DNA of 64,000 nucleotides from contig CAWCKJ010000003.1 of the NCBI GenBank assembly GCA_963796105.1, positions 160,001-224,000 on the forward strand, read 5' to 3'. Position 1 is the stretch's first letter. Each line of letters opens with the position of its first letter. This document shows, one piece after another, positions 1 through 10,624 of this stretch. Source of the DNA: a candidate division FCPU426 bacterium. Its GTDB lineage: Bacteria > Oederibacteriota > Muellerivitia > Muellerivitales > Muellerivitaceae. The translations under genes and the position numbers were made by a program. Below the pieces are notes generated by a model. The model saw nothing but the letters and a program-made list of their open reading frames with translations. It ran no database searches and had not been told where the DNA came from.

Positions 1-2
1 CT

Positions 3-2522
3 CCCAACGTGACGGGAAGCCTTCACATGGGGCACGCTTTGAATGAAACCCTTCAGGACCTGATCGCGCGTTTCAAACGCATGAATGGTTTTAACGTTCT
101 TTGGCTTCCTGGGTGCGACCACGCGGGAATTGCAACCCAGAATGTCGTGGAAAAGGAATTGAAAAAAGAGGGCAAGACTCGACACGACCTTGGCCGTGAG
201 GCCTTCGTGAAACGTGTATGGGATTGGAAAGCGAAATACGGCGCGACCATCATGCGCCAATTAAGAAAACTCGGCTCATCCTGCGACTGGACCCGGGAGC
301 GTTTTACGATGGATGAGGGCCTCTCAAAGGCCGTGCGAAAAGTATTCATATCCCTTTTTAACGAAAAGTTAATTTACCAGGACTATTACCTGATTAATTG
401 GTGCCCCAGGTGCCAAACGGCTCTTTCCGATATCGAGGTGGAACACAAAACCACTCAAGGCAATTTTTACCATATCCGTTATCCCCTTGTTCAGAATCCT
501 AGCGAGGGATTGGAAGTGGCCACCACCAGGCCCGAGACCCTTCTGGGCGATACGGCGGTGGCGGTTCATCCTGAGGATGAGCGTTACTTAGAATTGGCGG
601 GTCAATTCGTCATTCTTCCGCTGGTCAAACGCCAGATACCCATTATCAAGGACGCCTATGTTGACAGGGAATTCGGAACCGGTGTGGTTAAAATCACTCC
701 CGCGCACGACTTCAACGATTTTCAGGTAGGAAATCGCCATAAGCTCGAGCGGATCAATATCCTGAATCCGGATGGAACTTTGAGCAAAGCCGCCGGCGCC
801 TACCAGGGTTTGGATCGGTTTGAGGCCCGAAAAATGGTATTGAAGGATTTGGAAACTCAAGGCCTTCTTCTGAAAACCGTGCCCCATGAACATAACGTGG
901 GCCATTGCTACCGATGCGGAACGGTGGTGGAACCCTATTACTCCAAGCAATGGTTTGTCCGGATGAAGCCATTGGCCGAGAAGGCGCTGGAGGCAGTGGC
1001 AGAGGGCAAAACCAAGTTTGTACCTGAGATATGGCGCGTCGAATATGAGCGATGGCTGGGACAGATTCATGATTGGTGCATCAGCCGCCAGATCTGGTGG
1101 GGCCACCGAATCCCGGTTTATACCTGCAAGCAATGCAATACCCAGGTCGCCGCGGAAGAAACCCCAAATAACTGTCCAAGAGGTCATGCCGGGCCCATGG
1201 AACAGGATCCGGATGTCTTGGACACTTGGTTCTCATCCGGCCTTTGGCCCTTTTCCGCTTTGGGCTGGCCTGAAAAAACCAAGGATTTGGAAATTTTTTA
1301 TCCCACTTCGGTTTTGGTGACTTCCTGGGACATCCTGACCTTCTGGGTGGCCAGAATGATGATGATGGGCTTGAAATTTATGGGAGATGTGCCCTTCCGG
1401 GAGGTTTATATCTACTCCCTCGTGGCGGACGCTGAAGGCAAGAAGATGAGCAAATCCACGGGAAACGTGGTGGACCCGCTTGGCTTGATCGAGCAGTACG
1501 GCACCGACGCCCTGCGTTTTACTTTGACCAGTATCGAGACGAAGCAGAGGTATGTTTCCTTGACCCCTCAAAAACTCGAATCATCCAGGAATTTCGCCAA
1601 CAAACTTTACAACGCCGCTCGCTTTGTCCTGATGGGATTGGCGGACGGCACAGAAGTAAAATCTTTAACAAGAGAGGATTTTCAGAATTTGAAATTAGAG
1701 GACAAGTGGATTTTGACGCGCTTGGCCCAGGTCATTCGGGAAGTAAGCGGGGATTACGAAAAATACCGGGTGGCCGAGCTTTCTCAGACACTTTACCGTT
1801 TTCTCTGGAACGAGGTTTGCGATTGGTACCTGGAAGCAGTGAAACCCAGGCTTTATCTTGATCCCAAGTCGGAGGAGAAGAAGTTAGCCGCCTCGGTGAC
1901 GGTCACGGTTTTGGACGCGGTTCTCCGGCTTTTACATCCGATCATGCCTTTTGTGACCGAGGAATTGTGGCACAAGCTCCCAGGGAAGACCCGAAGTATC
2001 ATGAAGGCATCCTGGCCCGTAGCCTCCGACTATCACGAGAACGAAACGGCCGTCAAGGATTTCGAATTCCTTCAGGAAGTGATCACGGTAATCAGAACCA
2101 GCCGAAGCGAATTAAATATTCCTCCGGGGGCGATGGTGAAGGTGGATGTCCTGGGGAATAAAGAAATCCAAGAAAAAATCATTTCCGGGTTATCACTCAT
2201 TAAATTTTTAGCCCGGGTTGGGGAAATTGGCCCAACTTCAAACCGGCCGATTGTTCCCGCCGCGGTCGCCAAAATTAAAGATTGTGAAATTTTTGTCCTG
2301 CTTGAAAGTTATGTGGATTTGAACAAGGAGATTTCAAAGATAAAAAATGAGATTGAAAAACAATCGAACTACATCAAGTCTATTGAGGCTAAACTCTCCA
2401 ACGAGCAGTTCGTTAAAAAAGCGCCAGCGGGGATGGTGGAGGCCGAAAAAAACAAGATCGACTTGGCCCGAACAAGGATTGAACATTTTGAGGTGAATCT
2501 GCGGCAGATAAACGGGGCATAA
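3..2522 (+). CDS. valS: Valine--tRNA ligase (5' end lies outside the window)
   Basis: PNVTGSLHMGH (HIGH) at the window edge, KMSKS, DWCISRQIWWGH, C-terminal coiled coil. Confidence 0.98.
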   Translation, partial: PNVTGSLHMGHALNETLQDLIARFKRMNGFNVLWLPGCDHAGIATQNVVEKELKKEGKTRHDLGREAFVKRVWDWKAKYGATIMRQLRKLGSSCDWTRERFTMDEGLSKAVRKVFISLFNEKLIYQDYYLINWCPRCQTALSDIEVEHKTTQGNFYHIRYPLVQNPSEGLEVATTRPETLLGDTAVAVHPEDERYLELAGQFVILPLVKRQIPIIKDAYVDREFGTGVVKITPAHDFNDFQVGNRHKLERINILNPDGTLSKAAGAYQGLDRFEARKMVLKDLETQGLLLKTVPHEHNVGHCYRCGTVVEPYYSKQWFVRMKPLAEKALEAVAEGKTKFVPEIWRVEYERWLGQIHDWCISRQIWWGHRIPVYTCKQCNTQVAAEETPNNCPRGHAGPMEQDPDVLDTWFSSGLWPFSALGWPEKTKDLEIFYPTSVLVTSWDILTFWVARMMMMGLKFMGDVPFREVYIYSLVADAEGKKMSKSTGNVVDPLGLIEQYGTDALRFTLTSIETKQRYVSLTPQKLESSRNFANKLYNAARFVLMGLADGTEVKSLTREDFQNLKLEDKWILTRLAQVIREVSGDYEKYRVAELSQTLYRFLWNEVCDWYLEAVKPRLYLDPKSEEKKLAASVTVTVLDAVLRLLHPIMPFVTEELWHKLPGKTRSIMKASWPVASDYHENETAVKDFEFLQEVITVIRTSRSELNIPPGAMVKVDVLGNKEIQEKIISGLSLIKFLARVGEIGPTSNRPIVPAAVAKIKDCEIFVLLESYVDLNKEISKIKNEIEKQSNYIKSIEAKLSNEQFVKKAPAGMVEAEKNKIDLARTRIEHFEVNLRQINGA

Positions 2523-2523
2523 T

Positions 2524-3387
2524 TTGATCAATGAAAAAATCAAAAAACCGATTGCCTTGGATTTGAAATCCGTTAGAAACCTCCTGCTGGACACCCTGCG
2601 TGAGGATGGGGCTTGGAATGATCGGACGACCAAAGCCGTTATTCCCCAGAGCCTCAGGGCTAAAGGAGAGGTCCTGGCCAAGGAATCAGGAATCCTAGCG
2701 GGACTTCCGATCATGGCGGAAATTTACAGGATCCTGGATAAAAGGTGCCGGTTGAAACCTCTTTGCCAGGAAGGGACAAGGTTCCGGCGAGGACAAAAGG
2801 TGGCCATTCTCAAGGGCCCGGCATGCTCCCTCCTTTCAGGGGAGAGGAGCGGGCTGAATCTTTTAAGCCGCTTATCGGGCGTGGCGACTTTGACCAGGAA
2901 GATGAGGGGAATCCTGGGCGTCGACAAGCTTTTTGATACCCGCAAAACCACGCCTCTTTGGAGAGTGCTGGAACGCTACGCCGTGAGTGTGGGTGGCGGA
3001 AACAACCACCGGTTCAACCTAGCGGGCCATGTTCTTTTGAAGGATAACCACTTGAGGCTTGGAGGGGGTGTTTACAACTGCGTCAAAAGCGCCCGGAAAA
3101 AGTACGGCCCCAAGGAATTCATCGAGGTGGAAGTGGAGGATTTTGAAGGCGCAGCGGAAGCCTTGAGGGCGGGAGCCGACATCATCCTAGTGGATAACTC
3201 TTCCCTGGCCCTTCTTAAAAAAATACAAGTGTTGGTCAAGGCAAAGATGGAAATCGAAGTGTCAGGCGGTTTGCGCAGGGACAATATCTTCCGATATAAA
3301 TTTTTGAAAGTGGACCGGTTTTCCTCGGGAGCCTTGACCCATTCAGCAAAAGCGGTCGATTTTTCAATCGAGCTTTATCCCCTTTGA
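2524..3387 (+). CDS. nadC: Nicotinate-nucleotide diphosphorylase (quinolinate phosphoribosyltransferase)
   Basis: DTRKTTP, NHRFNL, LLKDNH, EVEVE, EVSGG motifs. Confidence 0.95.
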   Translation: MINEKIKKPIALDLKSVRNLLLDTLREDGAWNDRTTKAVIPQSLRAKGEVLAKESGILAGLPIMAEIYRILDKRCRLKPLCQEGTRFRRGQKVAILKGPACSLLSGERSGLNLLSRLSGVATLTRKMRGILGVDKLFDTRKTTPLWRVLERYAVSVGGGNNHRFNLAGHVLLKDNHLRLGGGVYNCVKSARKKYGPKEFIEVEVEDFEGAAEALRAGADIILVDNSSLALLKKIQVLVKAKMEIEVSGGLRRDNIFRYKFLKVDRFSSGALTHSAKAVDFSIELYPL

Positions 3388-4208
3388 GATCCCCGAAAGG
3401 AAAGCCTGCTTCATTGACCCCCGAAGCACTCCGGAGGGGCTTGAAGACCGCCTCTTTCGGCAAGATCCTTTTCTGCTTTGACAAGCTGTCTTCTACGAAC
3501 GATCTGGCGCTGGAATTGGCGCGGGGAGGCGCCGAGGAGGGAACCCTCATCGTCGCGGAGGCCCAGACCAAGGGGAGGGGCCGCCAAGGCAGGAAGTGGG
3601 TTTCCACGCCGGGAAAGTCCATCACATTTTCCCTCATTTTGAGGCCGAACCTCCTGGCGGATGAGATGCCTGAAATCACTCTGGCCGCGGCCGTGGCCGT
3701 CGCGAGAACCCTTGAGAAGTGGAATTTCAAACCAACCATCAAATGGCCTAATGATATTCAAATCGCGGGCCGGAAAGTCTGCGGCATTTTGACCGAAATG
3801 GGATCGAAAAAAGATAAAATGGGCCTTGCCGCGGTGCTTGGAATCGGTTTGAACCTGAATCAAACACCCGATGATTTTCCCGAGGAGATCCGGCGGACCG
3901 GCGCAAGCCTCCTGGGCCTGAAGGGCAGGAACATTCCGAGAGTCCGATTTTTCCAGGACCTTCTTTTGCGGCTCGAGGAAGCCTATGCCTGGGTGAGGGA
4001 AAGAAGATTCACCAAAGTTCTTTTTGAATGGAGGAAAAGGGCGTCCACCCTCGGTAAACAGGTCAAAGTTCATCAAGCGCACCGTGTTTTCTACGGCCAG
4101 GTCCTTGATGTTGACGAAAAAGGCGCATTGCTGGTCAGGAACGATTTGGGAATGCTGGAAAGGGTCACATCCGGCGACGTGGAAATCCTGTCGTTGAGGA
4201 AAAGATAG
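3384..4208 (+). CDS. birA: Biotin--[acetyl-CoA carboxylase] ligase, without N-terminal HTH
   Basis: QTKGRGRQGRKW, KWPND, KVCGILTE, GIGLN. Confidence 0.95.
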   Translation: MRSPKGKPASLTPEALRRGLKTASFGKILFCFDKLSSTNDLALELARGGAEEGTLIVAEAQTKGRGRQGRKWVSTPGKSITFSLILRPNLLADEMPEITLAAAVAVARTLEKWNFKPTIKWPNDIQIAGRKVCGILTEMGSKKDKMGLAAVLGIGLNLNQTPDDFPEEIRRTGASLLGLKGRNIPRVRFFQDLLLRLEEAYAWVRERRFTKVLFEWRKRASTLGKQVKVHQAHRVFYGQVLDVDEKGALLVRNDLGMLERVTSGDVEILSLRKR

Positions 4209-4216
4209 GAGATTTT

Positions 4217-4969
4217 ATGTTCTGGTCCGTGGACATCGGGAACAGCCGCGCCGTGTCCGGCTATATGAGGGGCATTCATCCGGTCCGAAAAACCTTTGTC
4301 GAAACCAGCCGCCTTCGGACCCTTTCTGGAGCCCTCCGGTGGGCTAAAGGGCTTCAAAAAAAAGGGCCGGGAGAGGGCTTTATCATCGCGAGTGTGGTTC
4401 CGGCCGTTGATGGAATGGTCCGCATGGCCGTTGAAAAGGCATCGGGCCAAGCCCCGTTTTTCGTGAATCCCCTTAGGAATCCCGGAATATCTATTCATTA
4501 CCGGAAACCCAGGGAGGTTGGTGCCGATCGAATCGTCAACAGCATAGCCGCCAAGAAAATCTTCGGTGCGCCAGTGATTGTCGTGGATTACGGGACCGCT
4601 ACGACTTTCGATGTCGTGGACGGCGGGGGAGCCTATCGGGGGGGCGTCATATGGCCAGGAATAGGCATGTCATTGAAAGCTCTCCACCAGCAAACCGCGA
4701 AACTGCCCCTTGTGACCTTCGCCAAGACCCGAAGCGCGGTTGGGACGACAACTAAGGATGGAATCAGGTCCGGACTATATTTAGGGACTTTAGGAGCGAC
4801 TCGGGAAATTTTATCCAGAATACGGAAACAACTCGGATCGACTGCTCCTGCAGTCGCCACAGGCGGTTTTTGCCGATTGTTCGAGGGAACCGGATTATAT
4901 TCCAGGATTGAGCCGGATTTGACTTTGAAGGGTCTAGCCATGATTTGGAATGAAAGATTCGGGGTTTAG
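4217..4969 (+). CDS. coaX: Type III pantothenate kinase
   Basis: VDIGNS, VGADR, VVDYGTATTFD, ATGG; follows birA. Confidence 0.95.
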   Translation: MFWSVDIGNSRAVSGYMRGIHPVRKTFVETSRLRTLSGALRWAKGLQKKGPGEGFIIASVVPAVDGMVRMAVEKASGQAPFFVNPLRNPGISIHYRKPREVGADRIVNSIAAKKIFGAPVIVVDYGTATTFDVVDGGGAYRGGVIWPGIGMSLKALHQQTAKLPLVTFAKTRSAVGTTTKDGIRSGLYLGTLGATREILSRIRKQLGSTAPAVATGGFCRLFEGTGLYSRIEPDLTLKGLAMIWNERFGV

Positions 4970-5020
4970 AAGCCTGCATCCTTAATGAGAGAGAAGAACT
5001 TTAGGCATAAATTGTAAGCA

Positions 5021-5053
5021 CTGAAAAAGTCTGCGATATACCGACTTTTTCAG
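5021..5053. terminator. Hairpin after coaX, possible terminator
   Basis: 11-bp inverted repeat CTGAAAAAGTC / GACTTTTTCAG. Confidence 0.4.
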
Positions 5054-5254
5054 AAATCATTGAAAATAATCTCATGATTTTCTGTCCAACTTGGTTTGAA
5101 ATCTGATAAAGATAACTGGGCGAGAAAATCCTGGGATCAAAACCTCTCTTGGAAGCTTTATTTTAGTTTTTCAGAGGTTTTAAGTTTATGTGTCGGCCGT
5201 CTAAAAAAAGAAAACTTAGGGGCATACAAGCCGTCCCCGAATCGAGCGTGATTC

Positions 5255-7615
5255 GTGCCAAGTATCGAGGAAGTCGCGGCGGAGGAAGAATTACGCCTGA
5301 GGGAGGAATCCCTCGAAAGACGGCGGAAATTTTCCATTTTCGCAGGAACGTTTTTATTGTTCGGCGGCTGGTTCTACTTCGCAAAAGGCTGGATGAACAG
5401 GGGAAGTTTTTTAATCCTAATTTCCTACCTTTTCTTGCTTCATGCGATGGGGCTAAAAAAATATTTCGAGAAATGGTCCCGTGGAAATTTGCTGTCCGCC
5501 GCTCCGGTTGCGGCTGGCCTGCTCGCACTCTATGAAACAACCCATATCTCACGTTTTTATTGGGGGAAAGACCCATCCTTTTGGCTCGCCGTCCACGCTG
5601 GCGCCGTGGGCGATCCCTTTTGGTCCCCTTTGCCGGTCCTTTTCGGCCAAGCCCTTTGTTTCCTGTTTCCGACCCGGACATTCACGCTTCTTCCCGTCGC
5701 GTCCGCCTTAGTTCTTTCTCTCGCCTCGATCATGGCCCTTGGGGAGTTATTCTGGCAATTGAAATCGCAAAGCATGATCAACAAGGTGATCGCAAGCCTC
5801 CTTTGCATGGCCGTCGGATTCAGCCGCCCATGGTGGGACGCGGGAACAATCGGATCTGGGATGGTCGCGTCCCTGGGGCTTGTTCTTTTCCTGACCCAAA
5901 GGAATCTTCTCAACACGGAGGAAAAACCATGGGACTGCCTTTGGATGATCCTGGGGTTACTTTTCAGCGTGCATCCCCTTTGGGGCTTGTTGGGTCTTTT
6001 CAACCACCTGATCCAGGTGGACCTTCAGGCGAAGGACTTTAAAGTCTCTTGGAGCCCCTTGGCCCTGGGACTCACTCCCTACCTTTGGGTGTATTTCCGC
6101 GCCGGAACCTTTTTCCCGTCCTGGGGCGGAAATCACCCGTTTTATTATTTCGTTAAGGAATGGCGGAGTCTTTGGGATTGGCACCGAGGCACGGATTGGG
6201 ATCCCCTGAACGCGGCCGCGAGTTTCGGTGTAACCCTGGGCGTCTTATTCCTTTTTTTGGTCATTTTATGGATTTTAAACCTCCTGAAATGGAAAGTTGG
6301 CAACCCCAAAATGATCAGAGCCTCAGAGGTATGGATGTGTATTTTCGCCGCCATTTTGTCCTGGATTTCCTCATCCTCCTCCTCGGCGCAAGCGGGGCCC
6401 ACCGCCGTTTGGCTGCCAATGGGATTGGGATGCCTCCTGCTTTCATTCATCGAAAAAGGGATGGAGAGGAAACAAACGTCTTTTCTTTCCGGGACCCGCT
6501 TAGCCGCCGCGAGCGCTCTGATCCTGCTTTTATCCATCGGCCTAGCCTTTCTTCCCGGCCAGTATTTTTTTCGGTCGCAAATGACTTTTGCCGAGCAGCA
6601 CGCGCTGAATCTCCTGAGGGCTTTGAATGAGAAATCCATCCTTGTTTTCCAGGATCCCTTTGAGGCGGCGGCCTGCCGGGAGACGCGCCTCATGGATCCT
6701 CTACAGACCAAGGCCGTTTTTTTGGATGAACGATACTTGGACCGGCGTTGGTACATGGCCCAATGCATTAAAAGCCATCCGGAAGTGATTTTCTCCTCCA
6801 TTCAAGGTTCCCCTGAGGAGGTCGTGAAAAACCTGGCGGAAAATAACCTTCCGGAATGGGACATCCAATGGTCCCGTTCCAGGATGCCGGATGGTTGGAA
6901 GGGCCCGGGAACTTTCCCCACAGTATTAACCCAGGAGTTCACCGGAACGGATCTTGGCACCCAACCCCCCGGGAATATCCAATTTCGCTATGACCTGACC
7001 TCGCTTCCGGACCTGGAAAACAGGTTTTCCGATCCCGCTAACCGGTACATTAGAAGATACTCGGAGGGTTTCAATGAGCTGGGCTTGGCAATGATGGTTT
7101 TGGGGCAGTACTCAGCCGCCATACGTTCCTTTGAAAGGTCGGCCCATTTGAACCCGGGCGACCCGGAACCCCGGAAATCCCTTTTCGGAATATTCGCCCA
7201 GCAAAACATCATGGAGGCTGCCCGCCTGGATTTCGAGAAAACCATCAAGGAGCATCCGGCCCGGATCGAGGGTTTGATGCGCCAATTGGAACAAACGAAG
7301 AACAACCAGGATGAGGTTCAAACTGTCCTCTTGCTCGATCAAATGATCAAGCTGAACCAGGAACTATCCGACGCGCAATTCCATTTGGCGATGATCTATG
7401 AAAAACAAGGCAACATATCCGAGTCGAAATCTCTCTTGGAATCCTCCGTGAAATTAAACCCACAACGATTGGATGCCCAGTTGACTCTTGGACATTTAAT
7501 GGCCAAGTTGGGGAACCGCATCAAGGCAGAGGAGGCTTTTAGGTCCGTTCTCGGCTTGGATCCACAGAATAAAGAGGCCCAAAAGGAACTTTGGAAACTC
7601 TTGAACCAACCGTAA
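5255..7615 (+). CDS. Multi-pass membrane protein resembling a degenerate DUF2723/TMEM260-like GT-C fold, with C-terminal TPRs
   Basis: Many hydrophobic helices; YWGKDPSFW..GDPFWSPLPVLFG and ALNLLRALNEKSILVF..WYMAQ align by eye to DUF2723 motifs; TPR-like C-terminus. Confidence 0.6.
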   Translation: MPSIEEVAAEEELRLREESLERRRKFSIFAGTFLLFGGWFYFAKGWMNRGSFLILISYLFLLHAMGLKKYFEKWSRGNLLSAAPVAAGLLALYETTHISRFYWGKDPSFWLAVHAGAVGDPFWSPLPVLFGQALCFLFPTRTFTLLPVASALVLSLASIMALGELFWQLKSQSMINKVIASLLCMAVGFSRPWWDAGTIGSGMVASLGLVLFLTQRNLLNTEEKPWDCLWMILGLLFSVHPLWGLLGLFNHLIQVDLQAKDFKVSWSPLALGLTPYLWVYFRAGTFFPSWGGNHPFYYFVKEWRSLWDWHRGTDWDPLNAAASFGVTLGVLFLFLVILWILNLLKWKVGNPKMIRASEVWMCIFAAILSWISSSSSSAQAGPTAVWLPMGLGCLLLSFIEKGMERKQTSFLSGTRLAAASALILLLSIGLAFLPGQYFFRSQMTFAEQHALNLLRALNEKSILVFQDPFEAAACRETRLMDPLQTKAVFLDERYLDRRWYMAQCIKSHPEVIFSSIQGSPEEVVKNLAENNLPEWDIQWSRSRMPDGWKGPGTFPTVLTQEFTGTDLGTQPPGNIQFRYDLTSLPDLENRFSDPANRYIRRYSEGFNELGLAMMVLGQYSAAIRSFERSAHLNPGDPEPRKSLFGIFAQQNIMEAARLDFEKTIKEHPARIEGLMRQLEQTKNNQDEVQTVLLLDQMIKLNQELSDAQFHLAMIYEKQGNISESKSLLESSVKLNPQRLDAQLTLGHLMAKLGNRIKAEEAFRSVLGLDPQNKEAQKELWKLLNQP

Positions 7616-7762
7616 CGCAAATTGAGTCCAAAGAACGCCCGAACAATGTACTTTTCCCCCCGCTTGAGTTGAACAGCCGCCTCGGCTGGTCATTGCCTTT
7701 TTCATGGATTTTTTACCGGGCCGGAAAAACGTTAAAATATTGGGCTTTTCCAATATGAGTAT

Positions 7763-7771
7763 TGCTATAAT
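7763..7771 (+). promoter_or_regulatory. Extended -10 promoter upstream of pilT
   Basis: TGCTATAAT matches TGnTATAAT, 40 bp before the ATG. Confidence 0.55.
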
Positions 7772-7811
7772 AGTTTCACTTAACGCTTGGTTGTTTTAAA
7801 CGGGAGCTGGA

Positions 7812-10115
7812 ATGGATCTGCAAGAAATCCTTAATTCCATGGTGAATAAAAAGGCTTCAGACGTCCATTTGAAGGCGGGCGCCCCCCCTCTTTTCCGCAT
7901 TGACGGCGATTTAATCCCCCAAAGTGAAACCATTCTTTCCGCGCAGGAATTGGCGGAAGTCGCGTCTTATTTGATGGATGAGAAGCAGCAAAAACTGTTT
8001 TTCGAGGACCACCACGAGGTCGACCTGGCTTACGCCGTGGAGGGTTTGGCCCGTTTCAGGACGAACGCCATGTGGCAGAGGGGTCTTCCGGAAATCATCA
8101 TGCGGGTTATTCCCCAGATCGTCCCGCGGATTGAGGACATCAACATGCCGACCTCGGTGTTGAAGCAAATCGCCATGGAACCCCGAGGGTTGGTCCTGGT
8201 CACGGGAATAACGGGTTCAGGGAAATCAACCACCCTCGCGGCCCTCATCCACGAGATCAACGTGAACCGCTCCGCCCATATCGTGACCGTTGAAGATCCC
8301 ATCGAGTTTGTCCACCAGGACGCCAAATCCAGCATGACTCAAAGGGAGGTGGGACTAGACACTGAAAACTTTAAAACGGCCTTGAAATTCGTGTTGCGGC
8401 AGGACCCCGATGTCATACTTATCGGGGAAATGCGCGACGTGGAGACGGTCCAGGCCGCCATTACGGCCGCAGAAACCGGCCATTTGGTGTTTTCCACCCT
8501 GCATACTATGGATACCATTCAAACGATAGAGAGAATTTTGGACTTTTTCCCGCCCGATCAGCAAAACCAAATGAGGATCCAGTTATCCAATACCTTGCGA
8601 GCCGTTATCTCTCAACGCTTGGTTTCTAAGGCCGACGGCGCCGGTGTCGTTCCAGCCTGTGAAATCATGGTCGTGACACCCACCATCAAATCCCTTATCG
8701 CCGATGATAAAATCAGCTCGATTCGCGGTTATATCGCGGAGGGTCATAGCCAATATGGAATGCAGACTTTCGACCAATCCTTGATCGAACTGGTTCGAAA
8801 GGGCTTCATTACCCGGGAAAGCGCCATGGAACAGGCCACGTCCCCCAGCGAAATTGATCTTGGGTTGAAGGGGATTTCATCCTCCAAGGCCTCCGCCCAG
8901 TCCTTGATTTCACAAATGGAGACTTCTCAACAAAAAGAGCGGGTTTCCGGCTGGCTAAAGCGGGCGCAGGATCTTTATGAAAGAAGGCGCAATGACGAGG
9001 CAAAAGCGGAGCTAAAACGCATTCTGCAGGAAATGCCGGAACATAAGGAGGCGAACGCGCTGATGGCCCGTTTGCGTGAAATGGAGGACAAAACCGACAA
9101 GAAAAAAGACGCCTCATCCTCGGTTAAAACCGCTCTTCAATTGTACCGGGAAGGCAAGTTCCAGGCCGCTATCCTGGAATTTCAAAAAGCCTTGGAAATA
9201 GACCCGGGAAACAAGCAGGCCGAAGCTTATATCCGCTCCATTCAAACCGAAATGGACAACCGCGTTCGCGCGAGGGAGTTTGTCCAGGCTGGGATGCAGA
9301 AACAACAGCAAAATGACATGGTGTCCGCCCTGAGCCAATTGGAACAAGCGCTCATTTTGGATCCTGATAATGAGCAGGCGCAGGTGCTGCAAAAGGACAT
9401 TAAAAACACTCTTCAAAAGGACCAAGCCAGGGAAAAAGCCAAGGAACAAAACCAAATCGCCATTGATTTATACAAGGCGGGTGATTTACTGGGCGCTCTA
9501 GTCGCATGGAATAAGGCCTATGAGCTGAATTCCGAGCTGGAAGAAGTCTCGCGCTATTTGCAGCAGGGGATCGCCAAACTTCTGTCCTTCGGGGTGGAAG
9601 GGCTTGAGGGAAATCCGGAAACCCAGAACATCCTAGCGCTCTTTGAGCAGGGAGTTCGGAGTTACGTGCGAAGCGATTTCCAGACCGCGATTGAGTTTTT
9701 TAAAAAAGCCCTCGCCAAGGCCGACGGCAACGCCTATTTAAACGCCTACCTGCAAAAGTCCCTGCAGATGGAGGAACAGCAAGTCGAAGAATTGTTCCAT
9801 GAGGGTTTAAAGGCCCAGGAGTCGGGCGACTTGGCCGCGGCGCTAAAAGAGTACAATAAGATCTTGAGGCTCTCGCCGGGGCACCCGGAAACCGTGAAAC
9901 AACTCGGCGTCTTAAAAGCGACGATTCAGCAGAAAACCGAGGCTTTGTACACCGAGGGTAAAGTTTATTTCGACCAGAATGACATGGATAAGGCCGTTCG
10001 TATTTGGGAAAAAATACTTTACCTCGATCCTTCCAATGAACGCGCTAAAAAGAAAATTGAAGAAGCAAAAATCAAAAAAAGCACCTTATCCGGTATCTTT
10101 TCAAAGATAAACTAG
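7812..10115 (+). CDS. pilT: PilT/PilU-family type IV pilus retraction ATPase fused to a ~410-aa TPR region
   Basis: ASDVHL, Walker A GITGSGKST, EDPIE, LRQDPDVILIGEMRD, STLHT, GMQTFDQSL; TPR-like repeats after ~aa 355. Confidence 0.92.
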   Translation: MDLQEILNSMVNKKASDVHLKAGAPPLFRIDGDLIPQSETILSAQELAEVASYLMDEKQQKLFFEDHHEVDLAYAVEGLARFRTNAMWQRGLPEIIMRVIPQIVPRIEDINMPTSVLKQIAMEPRGLVLVTGITGSGKSTTLAALIHEINVNRSAHIVTVEDPIEFVHQDAKSSMTQREVGLDTENFKTALKFVLRQDPDVILIGEMRDVETVQAAITAAETGHLVFSTLHTMDTIQTIERILDFFPPDQQNQMRIQLSNTLRAVISQRLVSKADGAGVVPACEIMVVTPTIKSLIADDKISSIRGYIAEGHSQYGMQTFDQSLIELVRKGFITRESAMEQATSPSEIDLGLKGISSSKASAQSLISQMETSQQKERVSGWLKRAQDLYERRRNDEAKAELKRILQEMPEHKEANALMARLREMEDKTDKKKDASSSVKTALQLYREGKFQAAILEFQKALEIDPGNKQAEAYIRSIQTEMDNRVRAREFVQAGMQKQQQNDMVSALSQLEQALILDPDNEQAQVLQKDIKNTLQKDQAREKAKEQNQIAIDLYKAGDLLGALVAWNKAYELNSELEEVSRYLQQGIAKLLSFGVEGLEGNPETQNILALFEQGVRSYVRSDFQTAIEFFKKALAKADGNAYLNAYLQKSLQMEEQQVEELFHEGLKAQESGDLAAALKEYNKILRLSPGHPETVKQLGVLKATIQQKTEALYTEGKVYFDQNDMDKAVRIWEKILYLDPSNERAKKKIEEAKIKKSTLSGIFSKIN

Positions 10116-10225
10116 ATTCCCTTTTTTGCTTGACGTTTTTGCCACAAACAGTTGTTTTCTTTTCAAGCGTCCATTAAGTTACTGGTGACGCGCAAGCTAC
10201 AAGAGGGGAATTAAAAGGAATTAAA

Positions 10226-10624
10226 ATGAAAAAATTGATCATAGGCATCTTGATATTAATCGGCTTCTTTTTTATGGCCCTTAATACATCCATGCTCGCT
10301 GACCAGGCGTTGAAATGGGTGCAGGAAAATCCCAAGGATCCGCATGCTCCTAAAGTCCTATATGAAGCTGCCCGTTGGTGCGACATCATGGGCGACAATA
10401 AAAAAGCTTTGGAGGTTTATTGGGATCTTTACCAACAATATCCCGGCAGTTCCTCCCTCTGCGCCGCGTCTCTCTATTACAGCGCTCAAATCCAGGTGGA
10501 TACGAGTGTTTCGAAAAAACTCGCGGATCCTTTTTTGAAGATTATATTAGACCAGTATTTTAGCGAGACTGAGTGGGTGGAAAAAGCCAGAAAGTTACAG
10601 GACGAGGTGAATTATGTTCGCTGA
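10226..10624 (+). CDS. Small exported or membrane-anchored TPR-like protein
   Basis: N-terminal hydrophobic segment; helical-repeat pattern (ALEVYWDLYQQYP); 3' end overlaps the next gene. Confidence 0.7.
   Translation: MKKLIIGILILIGFFFMALNTSMLADQALKWVQENPKDPHAPKVLYEAARWCDIMGDNKKALEVYWDLYQQYPGSSSLCAASLYYSAQIQVDTSVSKKLADPFLKIILDQYFSETEWVEKARKLQDEVNYVR

Noticed and set aside
5163..6801. Long antisense and alternative-frame ORFs here and across the window
   Set aside because: Shadow ORFs of well-supported genes, with no motifs of their own
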